Below, piece by piece: positions 28,183-38,545 of a stretch of DNA of 41,370 nt (position 1 is the stretch's first letter; every line of letters starts with the position of its first letter). The position numbers and the translations under genes are program-made. This stretch comes from an uncultured Rhodospirillaceae bacterium (GTDB lineage: Bacteria; Pseudomonadota; Alphaproteobacteria; Dongiales; Dongiaceae). Under the pieces are notes generated by a model. It ran no database searches. It was not told the DNA's origin and saw only the letters and a list, made by a program, of their open reading frames with translations. The DNA is taken from assembly GCA_964406155.1 (NCBI GenBank), contig CAYOQR010000044.1, positions 1 through 41,370 of the forward strand, in the 5' to 3' direction.

Positions 28183-30075
28183 TCAGAAAACCTTCTGCAA
28201 CAGGCCGGTCAGGCGCTGACCGAAGGCGGTGGGATCGGCGAGGGTTTCGCCTTCCTGCAATTTCGCCTGATCGAGCAGCACCCAGCTTGCATCGGTGACT
28301 TCGTCGGCCTTGCCTCCGCCGGTGACGGCCTTGGCCAAGGCGGCGATCAGGGGATGGCTGCCGTTGATCTCAAGGACGCGCGGCAACGTGGCGTCGAGCT
28401 GCCGGTGCTGCTTCAAGAGGCGGGCAAGGCGCATATCCATGTCGCCTTCATCGGCCACCAGGCAGACGGCGCTGTCGGTCAGGCGCGAGGAGAGGCGGAC
28501 ATCCTTGACCGCATCCTTCAGGCTCAGCTTCATGAGGGCGACCAGATTGTCGATGCCCTCGGCGGCCGGCTTCGGCGCTTCCTTCTTGGCATCGTCACTG
28601 GCCTTGACCTTGTCGAGATCGGCGCCGCCACGGGTGACCGACTTGAACTCCTTGCCGTCGAACTTCTCCACGGCCGGGATCCAGAATTCATCGATCGGAT
28701 CGGTCAGCAGCAGGACCTCGACGCCCTTGGCGCGATAGCCTTCGAGCTGGGCGCTGCGGCTCACGGCTTCCAGGCTGTCGCCGGTGATGTAGTAGATGGC
28801 GTCCTGTCCGTCCTTCATGCGGCCGACATAGTCGGCGAGACTGACAAGTGCCTCACCATGCGTGGAGCGGAAACGGACGAGCTTCAGCAACGCGTCGCGC
28901 TGTTCGGGATCCTCATAGATGCCTTCCTTCAGCACGGCGCCGAAATTGCCCCAGAACTCGGCATAGGCCTCGGCTTCGTTCTCCGCTTTCTTGCCGAGTT
29001 CGCTGAGCACCCGCTTCACCAGGCCGTTGCGGATCAGGGTGAGGATCGGGTTCTGCTGCAGCATCTCGCGGCTGATATTCAGCGGCAGGTCCTCGGAATC
29101 GACCAGGCCCTTCACGAAGCGCAGCCAATGCGGCAGCACTTCCTCGCAATGATCGGTGATGAAGACGCGCTTCACATAGAGCTTCAGCGCCTGCTTGCGG
29201 TCGGGATTGAAGAGGTCGATGGGCTTGGTCGAGGGGATGAAGAGCAGGCCGGTGTAATCGATCTTGCCCTCGGCCTTGAAATGCAGGGTCGCCCAGGGGT
29301 CGTCGAAGGCATGGGCGACATGGCGGTAGAAATCGCGATACTGCTCGGCGCCGATCTCGGATTTCGGCCGGCTCCAGAGGGCGGCTCCCTGATTGACCTT
29401 GCGGTCCTCGCCATCGCCGGTGACATGGATCGGCAGTTGGATGTGATCGGAATATTTGGCGACGATGGAACTCAGCTTGCCGGCATCGAGATAGTCGCCG
29501 GCATCGGCGCGCAGATGCAGAATGATGTCGGTGCCCCGGCCCGCTTTCTCGGCCGGCGCGAGGGTGAACTCGCCCTTGCCGTCCGAGGTCCAGAGCCAGG
29601 ACTGGCTGTCGCCGGCCTTCTTCGAGAGAACCTCGACCTTATCGGCCACCATGAAGGCGGCGTAAAAGCCGACGCCGAACTGGCCGATCAGGGAGAGATT
29701 CCGTTCGCTCTCGGCGTCTTCGCCGGGTTTGCTGGCTGCTTTGCCCTGCGCCAGTTCCTCCATGAACTTGGCGGAGCCGGAGCGGGCGATGGTGCCGAGA
29801 TTGTTGATGAGATCGTCGCGGTCCATGCCGATGCCGTTATCGGCGATGGTAAGCTGCCGGCTCGTCTTGTCGATGGCGACGGTGACCTTGAACTCCGGAT
29901 CGTCCTTCAGCAGGCCGGGTTGGGTCAGGGCCAGATAGCGCAGCTTGTCACAGGCATCGGAGGCGTTGGAGACGAGTTCGCGGAGGAACACGGATTTATC
30001 GCTGTAGAGCGAATGGGCAACGATGTCCAAAAGGCGGCTGACTTCCGCCTGAAAACCGTGACGTTCCATCTGCAT
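28183..30075 (-). CDS. htpG: molecular chaperone HtpG (Hsp90)
   Basis: The ATG at 30075 (MQMERHGFQAEVSRLLDIVAHSLYSDKSVFLRELVSNASDA) follows GGGAGTGAGGA. A GHKL ATPase, middle and C-terminal domains are present. The 30261 start is an in-frame 5' extension. Confidence 0.9.
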   Translation of the reverse strand: MQMERHGFQAEVSRLLDIVAHSLYSDKSVFLRELVSNASDACDKLRYLALTQPGLLKDDPEFKVTVAIDKTSRQLTIADNGIGMDRDDLINNLGTIARSGSAKFMEELAQGKAASKPGEDAESERNLSLIGQFGVGFYAAFMVADKVEVLSKKAGDSQSWLWTSDGKGEFTLAPAEKAGRGTDIILHLRADAGDYLDAGKLSSIVAKYSDHIQLPIHVTGDGEDRKVNQGAALWSRPKSEIGAEQYRDFYRHVAHAFDDPWATLHFKAEGKIDYTGLLFIPSTKPIDLFNPDRKQALKLYVKRVFITDHCEEVLPHWLRFVKGLVDSEDLPLNISREMLQQNPILTLIRNGLVKRVLSELGKKAENEAEAYAEFWGNFGAVLKEGIYEDPEQRDALLKLVRFRSTHGEALVSLADYVGRMKDGQDAIYYITGDSLEAVSRSAQLEGYRAKGVEVLLLTDPIDEFWIPAVEKFDGKEFKSVTRGGADLDKVKASDDAKKEAPKPAAEGIDNLVALMKLSLKDAVKDVRLSSRLTDSAVCLVADEGDMDMRLARLLKQHRQLDATLPRVLEINGSHPLIAALAKAVTGGGKADEVTDASWVLLDQAKLQEGETLADPTAFGQRLTGLLQKVF

Positions 30076-30177
30076 GATCCTGTCCTCACTCCCTTCTAAC
30101 CTGTGACCCCGCGCCGGTGCGGATACCGATCCTCCGGCCGCTACCGGGCCGCCAACTGGCCATACCTCGCCGGCGCT

Positions 30178-30207
30178 GATATGCGCAATCCGCATGCCCG
30201 GTTCAAG
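30178..30207 (-). promoter_or_regulatory. candidate sigma32 (RpoH)-type heat-shock promoter for htpG
   Basis: The minus strand reads CTTGAA-ccgggcatgcggattgcg-CATATCA: a perfect -35, 18-nt spacer and a -10 resembling CCCCATAT/CYTATNT. Confidence 0.3.
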
Positions 30208-30298
30208 AGGGATCGTCATCCGGCGCTCTTCTGCGATCCCTCCGGCTGTGCCAAGATGCAATCGTTAACAGGCTTTCGGGGTCATCAGGGAGAGAATT

Positions 30299-31093
30299 AT
30301 GGCCGGGGACGTTTTGCGGGCGACTGCCACTTCAAAGTATTCGTCGGAAGAATGGCGCCTGCGCCAGGAATTGGCGGCCTGCTACCGGCTGATCGCCCAT
30401 TTCCGCATGACCGATCTGATCTTCACCCATATCTCGGTGCGCCTGCCGGGACCGGAGCATCACTTCCTGATCAACCCCTACGGTCTGTTCTTCGATGAGA
30501 TCACCGCCTCGAACCTGGTGAAGATCGATCTCCAGGGCAATGCGGTGGAGACCTCGCCCTATAAGGTCAATCCGGCCGGTTTCGTCATTCATAGCGCGAT
30601 CCACGGGGCGCGGGAGGACGCACAATGCGTGCTGCACACCCATACCAAGGCGGGTTGCGCGGTGGCGGCTCAGGCCTGTGGCCTGCTGCCGCTCAACCAG
30701 ATCTCGCTCGAATTCTATAACAACGTCGCCTATCACGATTACGAAGGCATCGCCCTCGATCTCGACGAGCAGAAGCGACTGGTCCAGGATCTCGGCAATA
30801 AATCGGCCTTCATCCTGCGCAATCACGGCCTGCTGACCGTCGGCCGCACCGTGCAGCAAGCTTTCTTACGGATGTATTATCTGGAGAAGGCCTGCGAGAT
30901 CCAGCTCGCGGCCCAAGCCGGCGGCGAGCTGATCCAGCCGAGCCGGGAAGTCTGCGAGCATACCGAGCGCCAGTTCAACGATGCCGACCGGGCGGTGGCG
31001 GACGGTCAGTTCAAGGACGAGGACGGTTACGATCTCGCCTGGTCGGCGCTGCTCCGGCTGCTTGACCGGCTCGACCCCACCTATAAGAACTGA
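30299..31093 (+). CDS. class II aldolase/adducin family protein
   Basis: HTHISVRLPG...VLHTHTKAGCAVAA...ILRNHGLLTVGRTV matches the Aldolase_II domain. Confidence 0.8.
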   Translation: MAGDVLRATATSKYSSEEWRLRQELAACYRLIAHFRMTDLIFTHISVRLPGPEHHFLINPYGLFFDEITASNLVKIDLQGNAVETSPYKVNPAGFVIHSAIHGAREDAQCVLHTHTKAGCAVAAQACGLLPLNQISLEFYNNVAYHDYEGIALDLDEQKRLVQDLGNKSAFILRNHGLLTVGRTVQQAFLRMYYLEKACEIQLAAQAGGELIQPSREVCEHTERQFNDADRAVADGQFKDEDGYDLAWSALLRLLDRLDPTYKN

Positions 31094-31107
31094 CGCCGGA
31101 AATAAAA

Positions 31108-31190
31108 GCCGGCCAATCAGGGCCGGCCAATCAGGGCCGACCAATCAAGGCCGGCCAATCAAGGAATGAGATTGGTCGGCTGGCCGGCGC
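31108..31190. repeat. 14-bp tandem repeat GCCGGCCAATCAGG x4 plus one inverted copy, spanning the convergent intergenic spacer and the stop codon/3' end of the dehydrogenase gene
   Basis: Direct units at 31108-31121, 31122-31135, 31136-31149 (gccgaccaatcaag) and 31150-31163. The inverted copy gattggtcggctggccggc (31170-31190) encodes the C-terminal ...AGQPTNLIP. The GCCGACCAATC/GATTGGTCGGC pair can form an 11-bp stem. Confidence 0.75.
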
Positions 31191-32112
31191 GGAAATTCAG
31201 GATATTGTGCAGGCCGATCATCACCATGCGCCGCGTGGTGGCGGTGCTGTTATAGGCGATATGCGGCGTCATCACGACATTGCCGAGCTTGCGCAAGGAT
31301 GACTTGCGAAGCGGCTCCTCGCCGAAGACGTCGAGGCCGGCACCGAAAATCCGCTTCTCGGTGAGGATGCGTTCCAGGGCGACCATGTCGATGATGCCGC
31401 CCCGGGCGGTGTTGAGCAGGATCGCCTCGGGCAGCATGAGATCCAGAAGCTGGGCATTGATCATGCCCCGGGTCTGGTCGTTCAGCGTCAGATGCAGCGA
31501 AATCACATCCGAGGTGGAGAAGAGATCCGCCAGGCTGACGAAGCGCACCGACGGAAAGGCAAGGCCGTAGCGCTCCGGGCGCCGTGCCCAGGCCACCACT
31601 TCCAGGCCGAGACCCAGGGCCATCTTGGCGACTTCGCGGCCGATCGCGCCGAAGCCGACGATGCCGAGGCGCCGGCCCTGCAGTTCCAGGCCCGGCGGGT
31701 CTTCCGACCAGTTATTGGCGCGGATGGCGGCGTCGAAGCTGGCGACCTGGCGGGAGACGGCGAACATCAGGGCGATGGCATGTTCCGCCACCGTCCGGTT
31801 GCCGTAATTCGGGGTGTTGCAGACCTTGATGCCGCGCGCCCGGCAGGCGGCGAGATCGACATAGCCGTCGACGCCGATGCCGAGGAAGGAGGCGACCTTC
31901 AGCTTCTTGCAGGCGGCAAGGACATCGGCATTCAGCCGGGCCCAGCCCCACATGACGGCATCGGCCCGCTTGCAGCGTTCGATCATCGCGTCGTCGCTGT
32001 CGCGCGGCCCGCAATCCACCGTCAGCTTCAATCCAGTCGGGCGCGGCCAGTCCTCCAGGAATTTCGCGGTTTCCTGGGAGGCATCGGGATAGACGATATG
32101 AAACGTGGACAT
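31159..32112 (-). CDS. D-isomer-specific 2-hydroxyacid dehydrogenase family protein (glyoxylate/hydroxypyruvate reductase-like)
   Basis: The NAD-binding GIVGFGAIGREVA and catalytic RGG...D/H motifs (LLNTARGGIIDMVAL; VVMTPHIA). Confidence 0.85.
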   Translation of the reverse strand: MSTFHIVYPDASQETAKFLEDWPRPTGLKLTVDCGPRDSDDAMIERCKRADAVMWGWARLNADVLAACKKLKVASFLGIGVDGYVDLAACRARGIKVCNTPNYGNRTVAEHAIALMFAVSRQVASFDAAIRANNWSEDPPGLELQGRRLGIVGFGAIGREVAKMALGLGLEVVAWARRPERYGLAFPSVRFVSLADLFSTSDVISLHLTLNDQTRGMINAQLLDLMLPEAILLNTARGGIIDMVALERILTEKRIFGAGLDVFGEEPLRKSSLRKLGNVVMTPHIAYNSTATTRRMVMIGLHNILNFRAGQPTNLIP

Positions 32113-32235
32113 GCGGGGCCTTCAAACGACGAATCAGCGCGACCTTCGGCCGGCTGGCGCACCATAGCGCCAGTGGGCCGGTCCGATCCAGGGCAGGGAC
32201 GACAGGAAGTGACGTGATCGGTCGCTGCCGTGAAA

Positions 32236-32406
32236 GAAGATTGACGGAAGGTCCGTCAGGTTATAGGAAATATAACCCATGACACTGTCTTGGGCTAGCC
32301 CCCGTCTGCGGGCTTGCATTATGGCGATAAATCACTATATTCCCGGCCAAATCCCGTGGTCGTTCGGACCAAAAGATAAGGGTGGGCCAAGAGCCCGCCT
32401 TTTTTT
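32236..32406 (+). promoter_or_regulatory. rimP-nusA-infB operon leader: AT-rich putative promoter (TTGACG ...TATAGG/aaatataac) followed by a hairpin + T7 attenuator-like terminator
   Basis: agaTTGACGgaaggtccgtcaggtTATAGGaaatataac at 32236-32275. GGTGGGCcaagaGCCCGCC-TTTTTTTAT at ~32376-32406, upstream of rimP. The NusA-autoregulated leaders of these operons classically contain terminators. Confidence 0.35.
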
Positions 32407-32541
32407 ATTACCCGCGTCCGGACGATCGCCCGTGTTCCGGGCGGAAAAACGGGCGGAAGGACCGCCGCGGAACGCGGTGGAAAGGTCGCCGGGCGGACCA
32501 ATGATGGGCGAACCGGCATATTGAGGGCAGCTATCGGAACA

Positions 32542-33039
32542 ATGAGTCTCGTCGACACCATCACGCGCATCATCACCCCCTCCATCGAAGCCATGGGCTT
32601 TGACCTGGTGCGGGTGCAGATTTCCGGCAATCAGCGCCGGACGCTGCAGGTCATGGCGGAGCCGAAGGACGGCCGTCACATGTCGGTCGACGATTGCGCC
32701 GAGCTGTCGCGGGCGATCTCGGCGGTTCTGGATGTCGAAGATCCGATCAGCGACGCGTATAGTCTGGAGGTGAGCTCGCCCGGCATCGACCGGCCGCTGA
32801 CCCGCCCCAAGGATTTCGAGCGTTTCGCCGGCCACGAGGCGAAGCTGGAAACGACCGAGCCGGTGGACGGCCGCAAGCGTTTCCGGGGCACCCTGGTGGC
32901 GGTGGAGGACGGCAATCTGCGCCTGGCGTCTGACGAAGGCGAGGTCATTCTGCCGATGCATTTGATTCACAAGGCCAAATTGGTGCTGACCGATGCGTTG
33001 ATCGCGCTCTATCAGCAGCCGCATACACTGGAGAACTAG
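32542..33039 (+). CDS. rimP: ribosome maturation factor RimP
   Basis: [29 protein letters not shown]...[14 protein letters not shown]. The track start at 32521 is TTG. Confidence 0.85.
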   Translation: MSLVDTITRIITPSIEAMGFDLVRVQISGNQRRTLQVMAEPKDGRHMSVDDCAELSRAISAVLDVEDPISDAYSLEVSSPGIDRPLTRPKDFERFAGHEAKLETTEPVDGRKRFRGTLVAVEDGNLRLASDEGEVILPMHLIHKAKLVLTDALIALYQQPHTLEN

Positions 33040-33049
33040 AGGCTTACGC

Positions 33050-34582
33050 ATGGATACGACGATTGCCATTCCGCGTATGGAGTTGCTGCAGGTTGCCGAC
33101 GCCGTCGCGCGGGAAAAGAGCATCGACCGCGATGAAGTGTTGACCGCGATGGAGCAGGCCATCCAGAAGGCCGGCCGCTCGAAATACGGTCATGAACATG
33201 ACATCCGCGCCAATATCGACCGCAAGACCGGCGAGATTAAACTGACGCGCGTGCGCGAAGTGGTTGAGGCGATCGAGAACGAGGCGACGCAGCTCCTGGT
33301 CAAGGACGCGCAGCGCCGCGACCCGGCGCTCAAGGCCGGCGATTTCATCATCGACGAATTGCCGCCGATCGATTTCGGCCGCATCGCCGCCCAGACGGCG
33401 AAGCAGGTGATCGTGCAGAAGGTGCGCGAATCCGAACGCAAGCGCCAGTTCGAGGAATTCAAGGATCGCAAGGGCGAGATCATCAACGGCCTGGTCAAGC
33501 GTGTCGAATTCGGCAACATCACCGTCGATCTCGGCCGCGGCGAAGCCATGCTGCGCCGGGACGAGCTGCTGCCGCGCGAAACCTTCCGCAGCGGCGACCG
33601 CGTGCGCGCCCTGATCTACGACGTGCGCGAGGAAGCGCGCGGACCGCAGATCTTCCTGTCGCGCACCCATCCCGATTTCATGGCGAAGCTGTTCGCCCAG
33701 GAAGTGCCGGAAATCTATGACGGCATCATCGAGATCAAGTCGGTGGCCCGGGATCCCGGCAGCCGCGCGAAGATCGCCGTCATCTCGCGCGACAGCTCGA
33801 TCGATCCGGTCGGCGCCTGCGTCGGTATGCGCGGCAGCCGCGTCCAGGCGGTGGTCGGCGAATTGCAGGGTGAAAAGATCGACATCATCCCGTGGTCACA
33901 AGACCATGCGACCTTCGTCGTGAATGCCCTGGCCCCGGCGGAAGTTGCCAAGGTCGTGCTGGACGAGGATTCCGGCCGTATCGAGGTGGTGGTGCCGGAT
34001 GACCAGCTCTCGCTGGCGATCGGTCGTCGTGGCCAGAATGTGCGCCTGGCCTCGCAGCTTACCGGTTTCGACATCGACATCCTGACCGAGGCGCAGGAAT
34101 CCGAGCGCCGGCAGGAAGAGTTCAAGACCCGCTCGCAGATGTTCATGGATGCACTGGACGTCGACGACGTCATCGCCCATCTGCTGGTAACCGAGGGCTT
34201 CACCAGCATCGAGGAAGTGGCCTATGTGCCGAACGAGGATCTCTCCTCGATCGAGGGCTTCGACGAGGATGTGGCGACCGAGCTGAAGACCCGGGCGCAG
34301 ACTTGGCTGGAGGCCGAGGAACAGCGCATGATCGAGCGCCGCAAGGAACTGGGCGTGGTCGATGAGGTGGCCGCGATCGAGGGCCTGACCCCGGCAATGC
34401 TGGTGGCCTTGGGCGAGAAGGGCGTGAAGACGCTGGACGATCTCGCCGATCTCGCCGCCGACGAACTGACCGACGACAAGGACGGTATCCTGAAGGATTT
34501 CGACCTGTCGCTGGAAGAGGCCAATGCCGTGATCATGGCGGCGCGGGCCCATTGGTTCGACGGCGAAGGCGAGAAGGCCTGA
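33050..34582 (+). CDS. nusA: transcription termination/antitermination factor NusA
   Basis: N-terminal domain, S1, KH1/KH2 ([26 protein letters not shown]) and C-terminal acidic repeats. Confidence 0.95.
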   Translation: MDTTIAIPRMELLQVADAVAREKSIDRDEVLTAMEQAIQKAGRSKYGHEHDIRANIDRKTGEIKLTRVREVVEAIENEATQLLVKDAQRRDPALKAGDFIIDELPPIDFGRIAAQTAKQVIVQKVRESERKRQFEEFKDRKGEIINGLVKRVEFGNITVDLGRGEAMLRRDELLPRETFRSGDRVRALIYDVREEARGPQIFLSRTHPDFMAKLFAQEVPEIYDGIIEIKSVARDPGSRAKIAVISRDSSIDPVGACVGMRGSRVQAVVGELQGEKIDIIPWSQDHATFVVNALAPAEVAKVVLDEDSGRIEVVVPDDQLSLAIGRRGQNVRLASQLTGFDIDILTEAQESERRQEEFKTRSQMFMDALDVDDVIAHLLVTEGFTSIEEVAYVPNEDLSSIEGFDEDVATELKTRAQTWLEAEEQRMIERRKELGVVDEVAAIEGLTPAMLVALGEKGVKTLDDLADLAADELTDDKDGILKDFDLSLEEANAVIMAARAHWFDGEGEKA

Positions 34583-34612
34583 ACGGGCTGAGCCGTCGGA
34601 GGTGATGCGCGG

Positions 34613-35287
34613 ATGGATGCGATGATCGGTGAAGCGGAGCTTGCTGGCGACGACATGGGCGCCACGACCGGGACGGAAACGTCCCCGTCGGGCAAGTCGC
34701 CGCTGCGCCGCTGCATCGGCAGCCGCGAGATCCTGGACAAGGGGCAGTTGATCCGCTTCGTCCTCGACCCCGATGGCCAGGTGGTGCCCGATGTGAAGAA
34801 CCGGCTGCCGGGCCGCGGATTGTGGGTGAAGGCGGATCGCGCGACCCTGGCGGCGGCGATCAAGACCAATGCTTTCGCCAAGGCGGCGCGGCAATCGGCG
34901 AAGGTGCCGGCCGATCTGATCGATCGGGTGGTGGCGTTGTTGCAGCGGGAAGTTGCCGAACTGATCGGCCTCGCCCGCAAGTCGGGCGATCTGACGGTCG
35001 GTTTCGACAAAGTCGAGGAAGCCTTGCGGGCTAATCGCGCCAGATTGCTGATCGCGGCCAGCGACGGAGCCGCCGATGGGCGCAGCAAGCTAGCGCGGCT
35101 GGCCGGTTCTGGGGTAGAGATATGCGCGCCCCTGACCGTTGCGGAGCTGGCGGCGGCGCTTGGCCGGGAAAATGCCGTGCATGCCGCGCTGAGGCGCAGC
35201 GGTATCGCCGAGAGATTGAGCCTCGCTTGTCGTCGTCTGGCCGGATTTGCGGCCGTGGGCGGGCAAGAGGCACGTAAGACTGAGTGA
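34613..35287 (+). CDS. YlxR/DUF448 RNA-binding protein fused to an L7Ae-like (YlxQ) domain
   Basis: RRCIGSREILDKGQLIRFVLDPDGQVVPDVKNRLPGRGLWV (DUF448), then an L7Ae-like C-terminus. This is the typical alphaproteobacterial nusA-infB spacer gene. Confidence 0.7.
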   Translation: MDAMIGEAELAGDDMGATTGTETSPSGKSPLRRCIGSREILDKGQLIRFVLDPDGQVVPDVKNRLPGRGLWVKADRATLAAAIKTNAFAKAARQSAKVPADLIDRVVALLQREVAELIGLARKSGDLTVGFDKVEEALRANRARLLIAASDGAADGRSKLARLAGSGVEICAPLTVAELAAALGRENAVHAALRRSGIAERLSLACRRLAGFAAVGGQEARKTE

Positions 35288-35316
35288 CGACCTATTTGAG
35301 CGGGACTTGAGAACGC

Positions 35317-37947
35317 ATGAGCAGTGAAACCGACACCCCGACCCGGAAGCCTCTGAAGCTCTCGTCGTCGGGCAAGCTGGAGCTGAAGAAGACCGTCGAT
35401 GGCGGTCAGGTTCGGCAGAGCTTCCCGCACGGCCGCTCGAAGACGGTTGCCGTCGAGGTGAAGAAAAAGCGCACCTATGCGCCCGGCGCCGGCGGCAAGC
35501 TGGAAGTCGCGCCCGAGGGCGAGCCGAAGCATGTGGCGCCGGTGGAAGTCACCACCGCCGTGTTCGAGGCCGACCATCACGGCCTGACCGCCCATGAGCG
35601 GGCAGCCCGGCTGAAGGCGCTGGAACAGGCGAAGCGCGACGAGGAACTGCGCAAGGTCCAGGAAGCCGAGGAAGCGGTACGTGCTGCCGAACGGGCGGAA
35701 CGCGAACGTGCCGAAGCGGAAAAGCGCCGCGAGGAAGAGGCTGCGCGTCAGGCCGAAGCCGCCAAGCAGGCCGCCGAAAAGGTGGCGACTGCACCGGTAT
35801 CCAAGGCGCCGGCAGCCAGCGCGGGTGACGGCGAGGGCGAGGCGCCGAAGACGGCACCGCGTCCGGCGCGCACCACCACCGCGACGGCACAGCCGGCCGG
35901 CGATACCCGCATGCATCTCGCCAAGGGTACGGCGAAGCCGGAAGCCGAGGAAGATGACAGCCCGGTGCGGCGACGCCCGGGTGGGACGCCGGTGGCTCGA
36001 CCTGCCGCGCCGAAACCGGCAACGCCCAGCACACGGCGTGACGACCAGCGTCGCCCCGGCAAGCTGTCGGTGAGCCGCGCTTTGGACGAAGACGGCGGCG
36101 AACGTGTCCGGTCGCTCGCGGCGGTGCGCCGCGCGCGGGAAAAAGAAAAGCGCCACATGCAGATGAACCAGGCGCAACAACAGAAAGTGCTGCGCGAAGT
36201 GATTCTGCCCGAAACCATTACCGTCCAGGAACTGGCCAATCGTATGGCCGAACGCGGCGCCGACGTGATCAAGGCGCTGATGCGGATGGGCGTGATGGCG
36301 ACCATCAACCAGACCATCGATGCCGATACCGCCGAACTGATCATCGGCGAATTCGGCCATACCTTCCGCCGTGTCTCGGCGGCCGACGTCGAAATCGGCC
36401 TGATGGGCTCGGAGGATGCCGACGAGCATCTGGTGGCGCGTCCGCCGGTCGTCACCATCATGGGCCATGTCGATCACGGCAAGACCTCGCTGCTCGACGC
36501 CCTGCGCCAGACCGATGTGGCCGCTCATGAAGCGGGCGGCATCACCCAGCATATCGGCGCCTACCAGGTGAATCTGGAAGACGGCAAGAAAATCACCTTC
36601 ATCGATACGCCGGGTCACGCCGCGTTCTCGGAAATGCGCGCGCGCGGCGCCAACGTGACCGATATCGTGGTGCTGGTGGTTGCCGCCGATGACGGCATCA
36701 AGCAGCAGACGATCGAAGCCATTCATCACGCCAAGGCGGCGAAGGTGCCGATCATCGTCGCCATCAACAAGATGGACAAGCCGGGCGCCAATCCGGACCG
36801 TGTGCGTCAGGAACTGCTGAACCACGAGATCGTCACCGAAGAAATGGGCGGCGAGGTTCTGACGGTCGAGGTTTCGGCCAAGCAGAAGGTGAATCTCGAC
36901 AAGCTCGAGGAAGCGTTGCTGCTGCAGGCGGAAATCCTCGATCTCAAGGCCAATCCCGACCGTGCCGCACAGGGTGCGGTGGTGGAAGCCAAGCTGGAAC
37001 GCGGCCGTGGTACGGTTGCGACCCTGCTGGTGCAGAAGGGCACGCTCAAGGTCGGCGATATTTTCGTCGCCGGCACCGAATGGGGTCGTGTCCGTGCGCT
37101 GCTCGACGATCGCGGTCGTCCGGTGGAAAGCGCCGGCCCGGCCGTTCCGGTCGAGGTCCTGGGTCTCCAGGGCACGCCGCTGGCGGGTGACAGCTTCGTG
37201 GTCGTGGAATCCGAAGGCCGGGCCCGCGAGATCACCGAGTTCCGTATGCATACCTTGCGCCAGAAGACGGCGGCGGCAACGGCCCGCGGTACGCTGGAGC
37301 AGATGTTCTCGAAGATCCAGGCCGGCGAGGCCAAGGAACTGCCCGTCGTCATCAAGGGCGACGTGCAGGGTTCGGTCGAGGCGATCGTCAATTCGCTGAA
37401 GCAACTGGGCACCAACGAAGTGGCGGTGCGCGTGCTGCATGCGGCGGTCGGCGGTATCAACGAATCCGACGTGACGCTGGCCCGTGCCTCGGGCGGGCTG
37501 ATCATCGGCTTCAACGTCCGCGCCAATCCGCAAGCCCGCGAAATGGCCAAGCGTGACCATATCGACATCCGCTACTACTCGATCATCTACAACGTGGTCG
37601 ATGACATGAAGGCGGCGTTGAGCGGCATGCTGGCGCCGACCCTGCGGGAAAAGTTCCTCGGCAATGCCGAGATCCGCGAGGTCTTCAACATCACCAAGGT
37701 CGGCAAGATCGCTGGCTGCATGGTCACCGAAGGCATGGTCAAGCGGGGCGGCAAGGTCCGTCTGCTGCGCGACAACGTCGTCATTCACGAAGGTACCCTC
37801 AAGACCCTCAAGCGCTTCAAGGACGAAGTGCGCGAGGTCAAGGAAGGCTTCGAATGCGGCATGGCCTTCGAGAACTACGACAACATCCAGAAGGGCGACA
37901 TCATCGAGTGCTTCGAGCTCGAAGAAATCTCGCGCCAACTGGACTAA
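35317..37947 (+). CDS. infB: translation initiation factor IF-2
   Basis: Ala/Glu/Lys-rich N-terminus and the G domain ([17 protein letters not shown]...DTPGHAAF...NKMD), with a C-terminus ending EISRQLD. Confidence 0.95.
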   Translation: MSSETDTPTRKPLKLSSSGKLELKKTVDGGQVRQSFPHGRSKTVAVEVKKKRTYAPGAGGKLEVAPEGEPKHVAPVEVTTAVFEADHHGLTAHERAARLKALEQAKRDEELRKVQEAEEAVRAAERAERERAEAEKRREEEAARQAEAAKQAAEKVATAPVSKAPAASAGDGEGEAPKTAPRPARTTTATAQPAGDTRMHLAKGTAKPEAEEDDSPVRRRPGGTPVARPAAPKPATPSTRRDDQRRPGKLSVSRALDEDGGERVRSLAAVRRAREKEKRHMQMNQAQQQKVLREVILPETITVQELANRMAERGADVIKALMRMGVMATINQTIDADTAELIIGEFGHTFRRVSAADVEIGLMGSEDADEHLVARPPVVTIMGHVDHGKTSLLDALRQTDVAAHEAGGITQHIGAYQVNLEDGKKITFIDTPGHAAFSEMRARGANVTDIVVLVVAADDGIKQQTIEAIHHAKAAKVPIIVAINKMDKPGANPDRVRQELLNHEIVTEEMGGEVLTVEVSAKQKVNLDKLEEALLLQAEILDLKANPDRAAQGAVVEAKLERGRGTVATLLVQKGTLKVGDIFVAGTEWGRVRALLDDRGRPVESAGPAVPVEVLGLQGTPLAGDSFVVVESEGRAREITEFRMHTLRQKTAAATARGTLEQMFSKIQAGEAKELPVVIKGDVQGSVEAIVNSLKQLGTNEVAVRVLHAAVGGINESDVTLARASGGLIIGFNVRANPQAREMAKRDHIDIRYYSIIYNVVDDMKAALSGMLAPTLREKFLGNAEIREVFNITKVGKIAGCMVTEGMVKRGGKVRLLRDNVVIHEGTLKTLKRFKDEVREVKEGFECGMAFENYDNIQKGDIIECFELEEISRQLD

Positions 37948-38032
37948 CGAACGCCTGATAGACAGGCCCGGTACAGCGCGTCCCCGCCTCGAGGTGGGGA
38001 CGCGCTGCCGCTTTGATTGATCAAGACGAGCC

Positions 38033-38545
38033 ATGACCAGAAACAAAAAATCCAGCGGCAGCGCCAATGGGGTGAAGGGGGCCAGCCAGCGCCAGCTAAG
38101 GGTCGGCGAGGAACTGCGCCATGCCTTAGCCGGGATCATCTCCCGCGACACCCTCAGCGACCCCGATCTCGCCCATCACCAGGTGACCGTCACGGCGGTC
38201 AGCATCAGCCCGGATCTGCGCAACGCCACGGCCTTCGTGGTGCCCTTCGGCGTCGCCATCGACGAGACGATCGATACCGAGGCGCTGATCGCCGCCCTCA
38301 ATCGCGCCGCCGGCTTCTTCCGGGGTCAGCTTTCGCGCGACGTCAAATTGCGGGTCTCGCCCTTCCTGCGCTTCCGCCTGGATGAAAGCTTCCAGCAGGC
38401 CAACCGCATCGAGGCCCTGCTGCACGATCCGGCGGTGGCGCGCGATCTGGCGACGGCGCCAGCCGCGCAGCCGGCCGATGCCAAGGAAGACGGCGACGAC
38501 GATGGCCAGGCGGACGATGGTCAGGCGGACGATGGCCAGGCGTAA
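38033..38545 (+). CDS. rbfA: ribosome-binding factor A with an acidic (DDGQA)3 C-terminal tail
   Basis: RQLRVGEELRHALAGIISRD...VTVTAVSISPDLRNATAFV...LRVSPFLRFRLDESF is the KH-like RbfA core. The tail reads ...KEDGDDDGQADDGQADDGQA. Confidence 0.85.
   Translation: MTRNKKSSGSANGVKGASQRQLRVGEELRHALAGIISRDTLSDPDLAHHQVTVTAVSISPDLRNATAFVVPFGVAIDETIDTEALIAALNRAAGFFRGQLSRDVKLRVSPFLRFRLDESFQQANRIEALLHDPAVARDLATAPAAQPADAKEDGDDDGQADDGQADDGQA
38498..38542 (+). repeat. 15-bp tandem repeat (GACGATGGCCAGGCG x3, middle copy C->T) at the rbfA 3' end / truB 5' end
   Basis: Units at 38498-38512, 38513-38527 and 38528-38542. Each unit carries an ATG in the truB frame (38502, 38517, 38532). Confidence 0.85.

Noticed and set aside
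34222-38151. 1309-aa minus-strand ORF antisense to DUF448/infB/rbfA. Similar long antisense ORFs occur at 7552-8859, 8835-9869, 10861-12015, 12758-14194, 20729-21784, 24664-25569, 28354-30099, 39720-41213 and 958-1971.
   Set aside because: Each lies entirely antisense to a strongly recognisable conserved gene. The translations are low-complexity Arg/Gly/Ala/Pro-rich, typical of stop-codon depletion in high-GC DNA. There is no RBS or domain signature.
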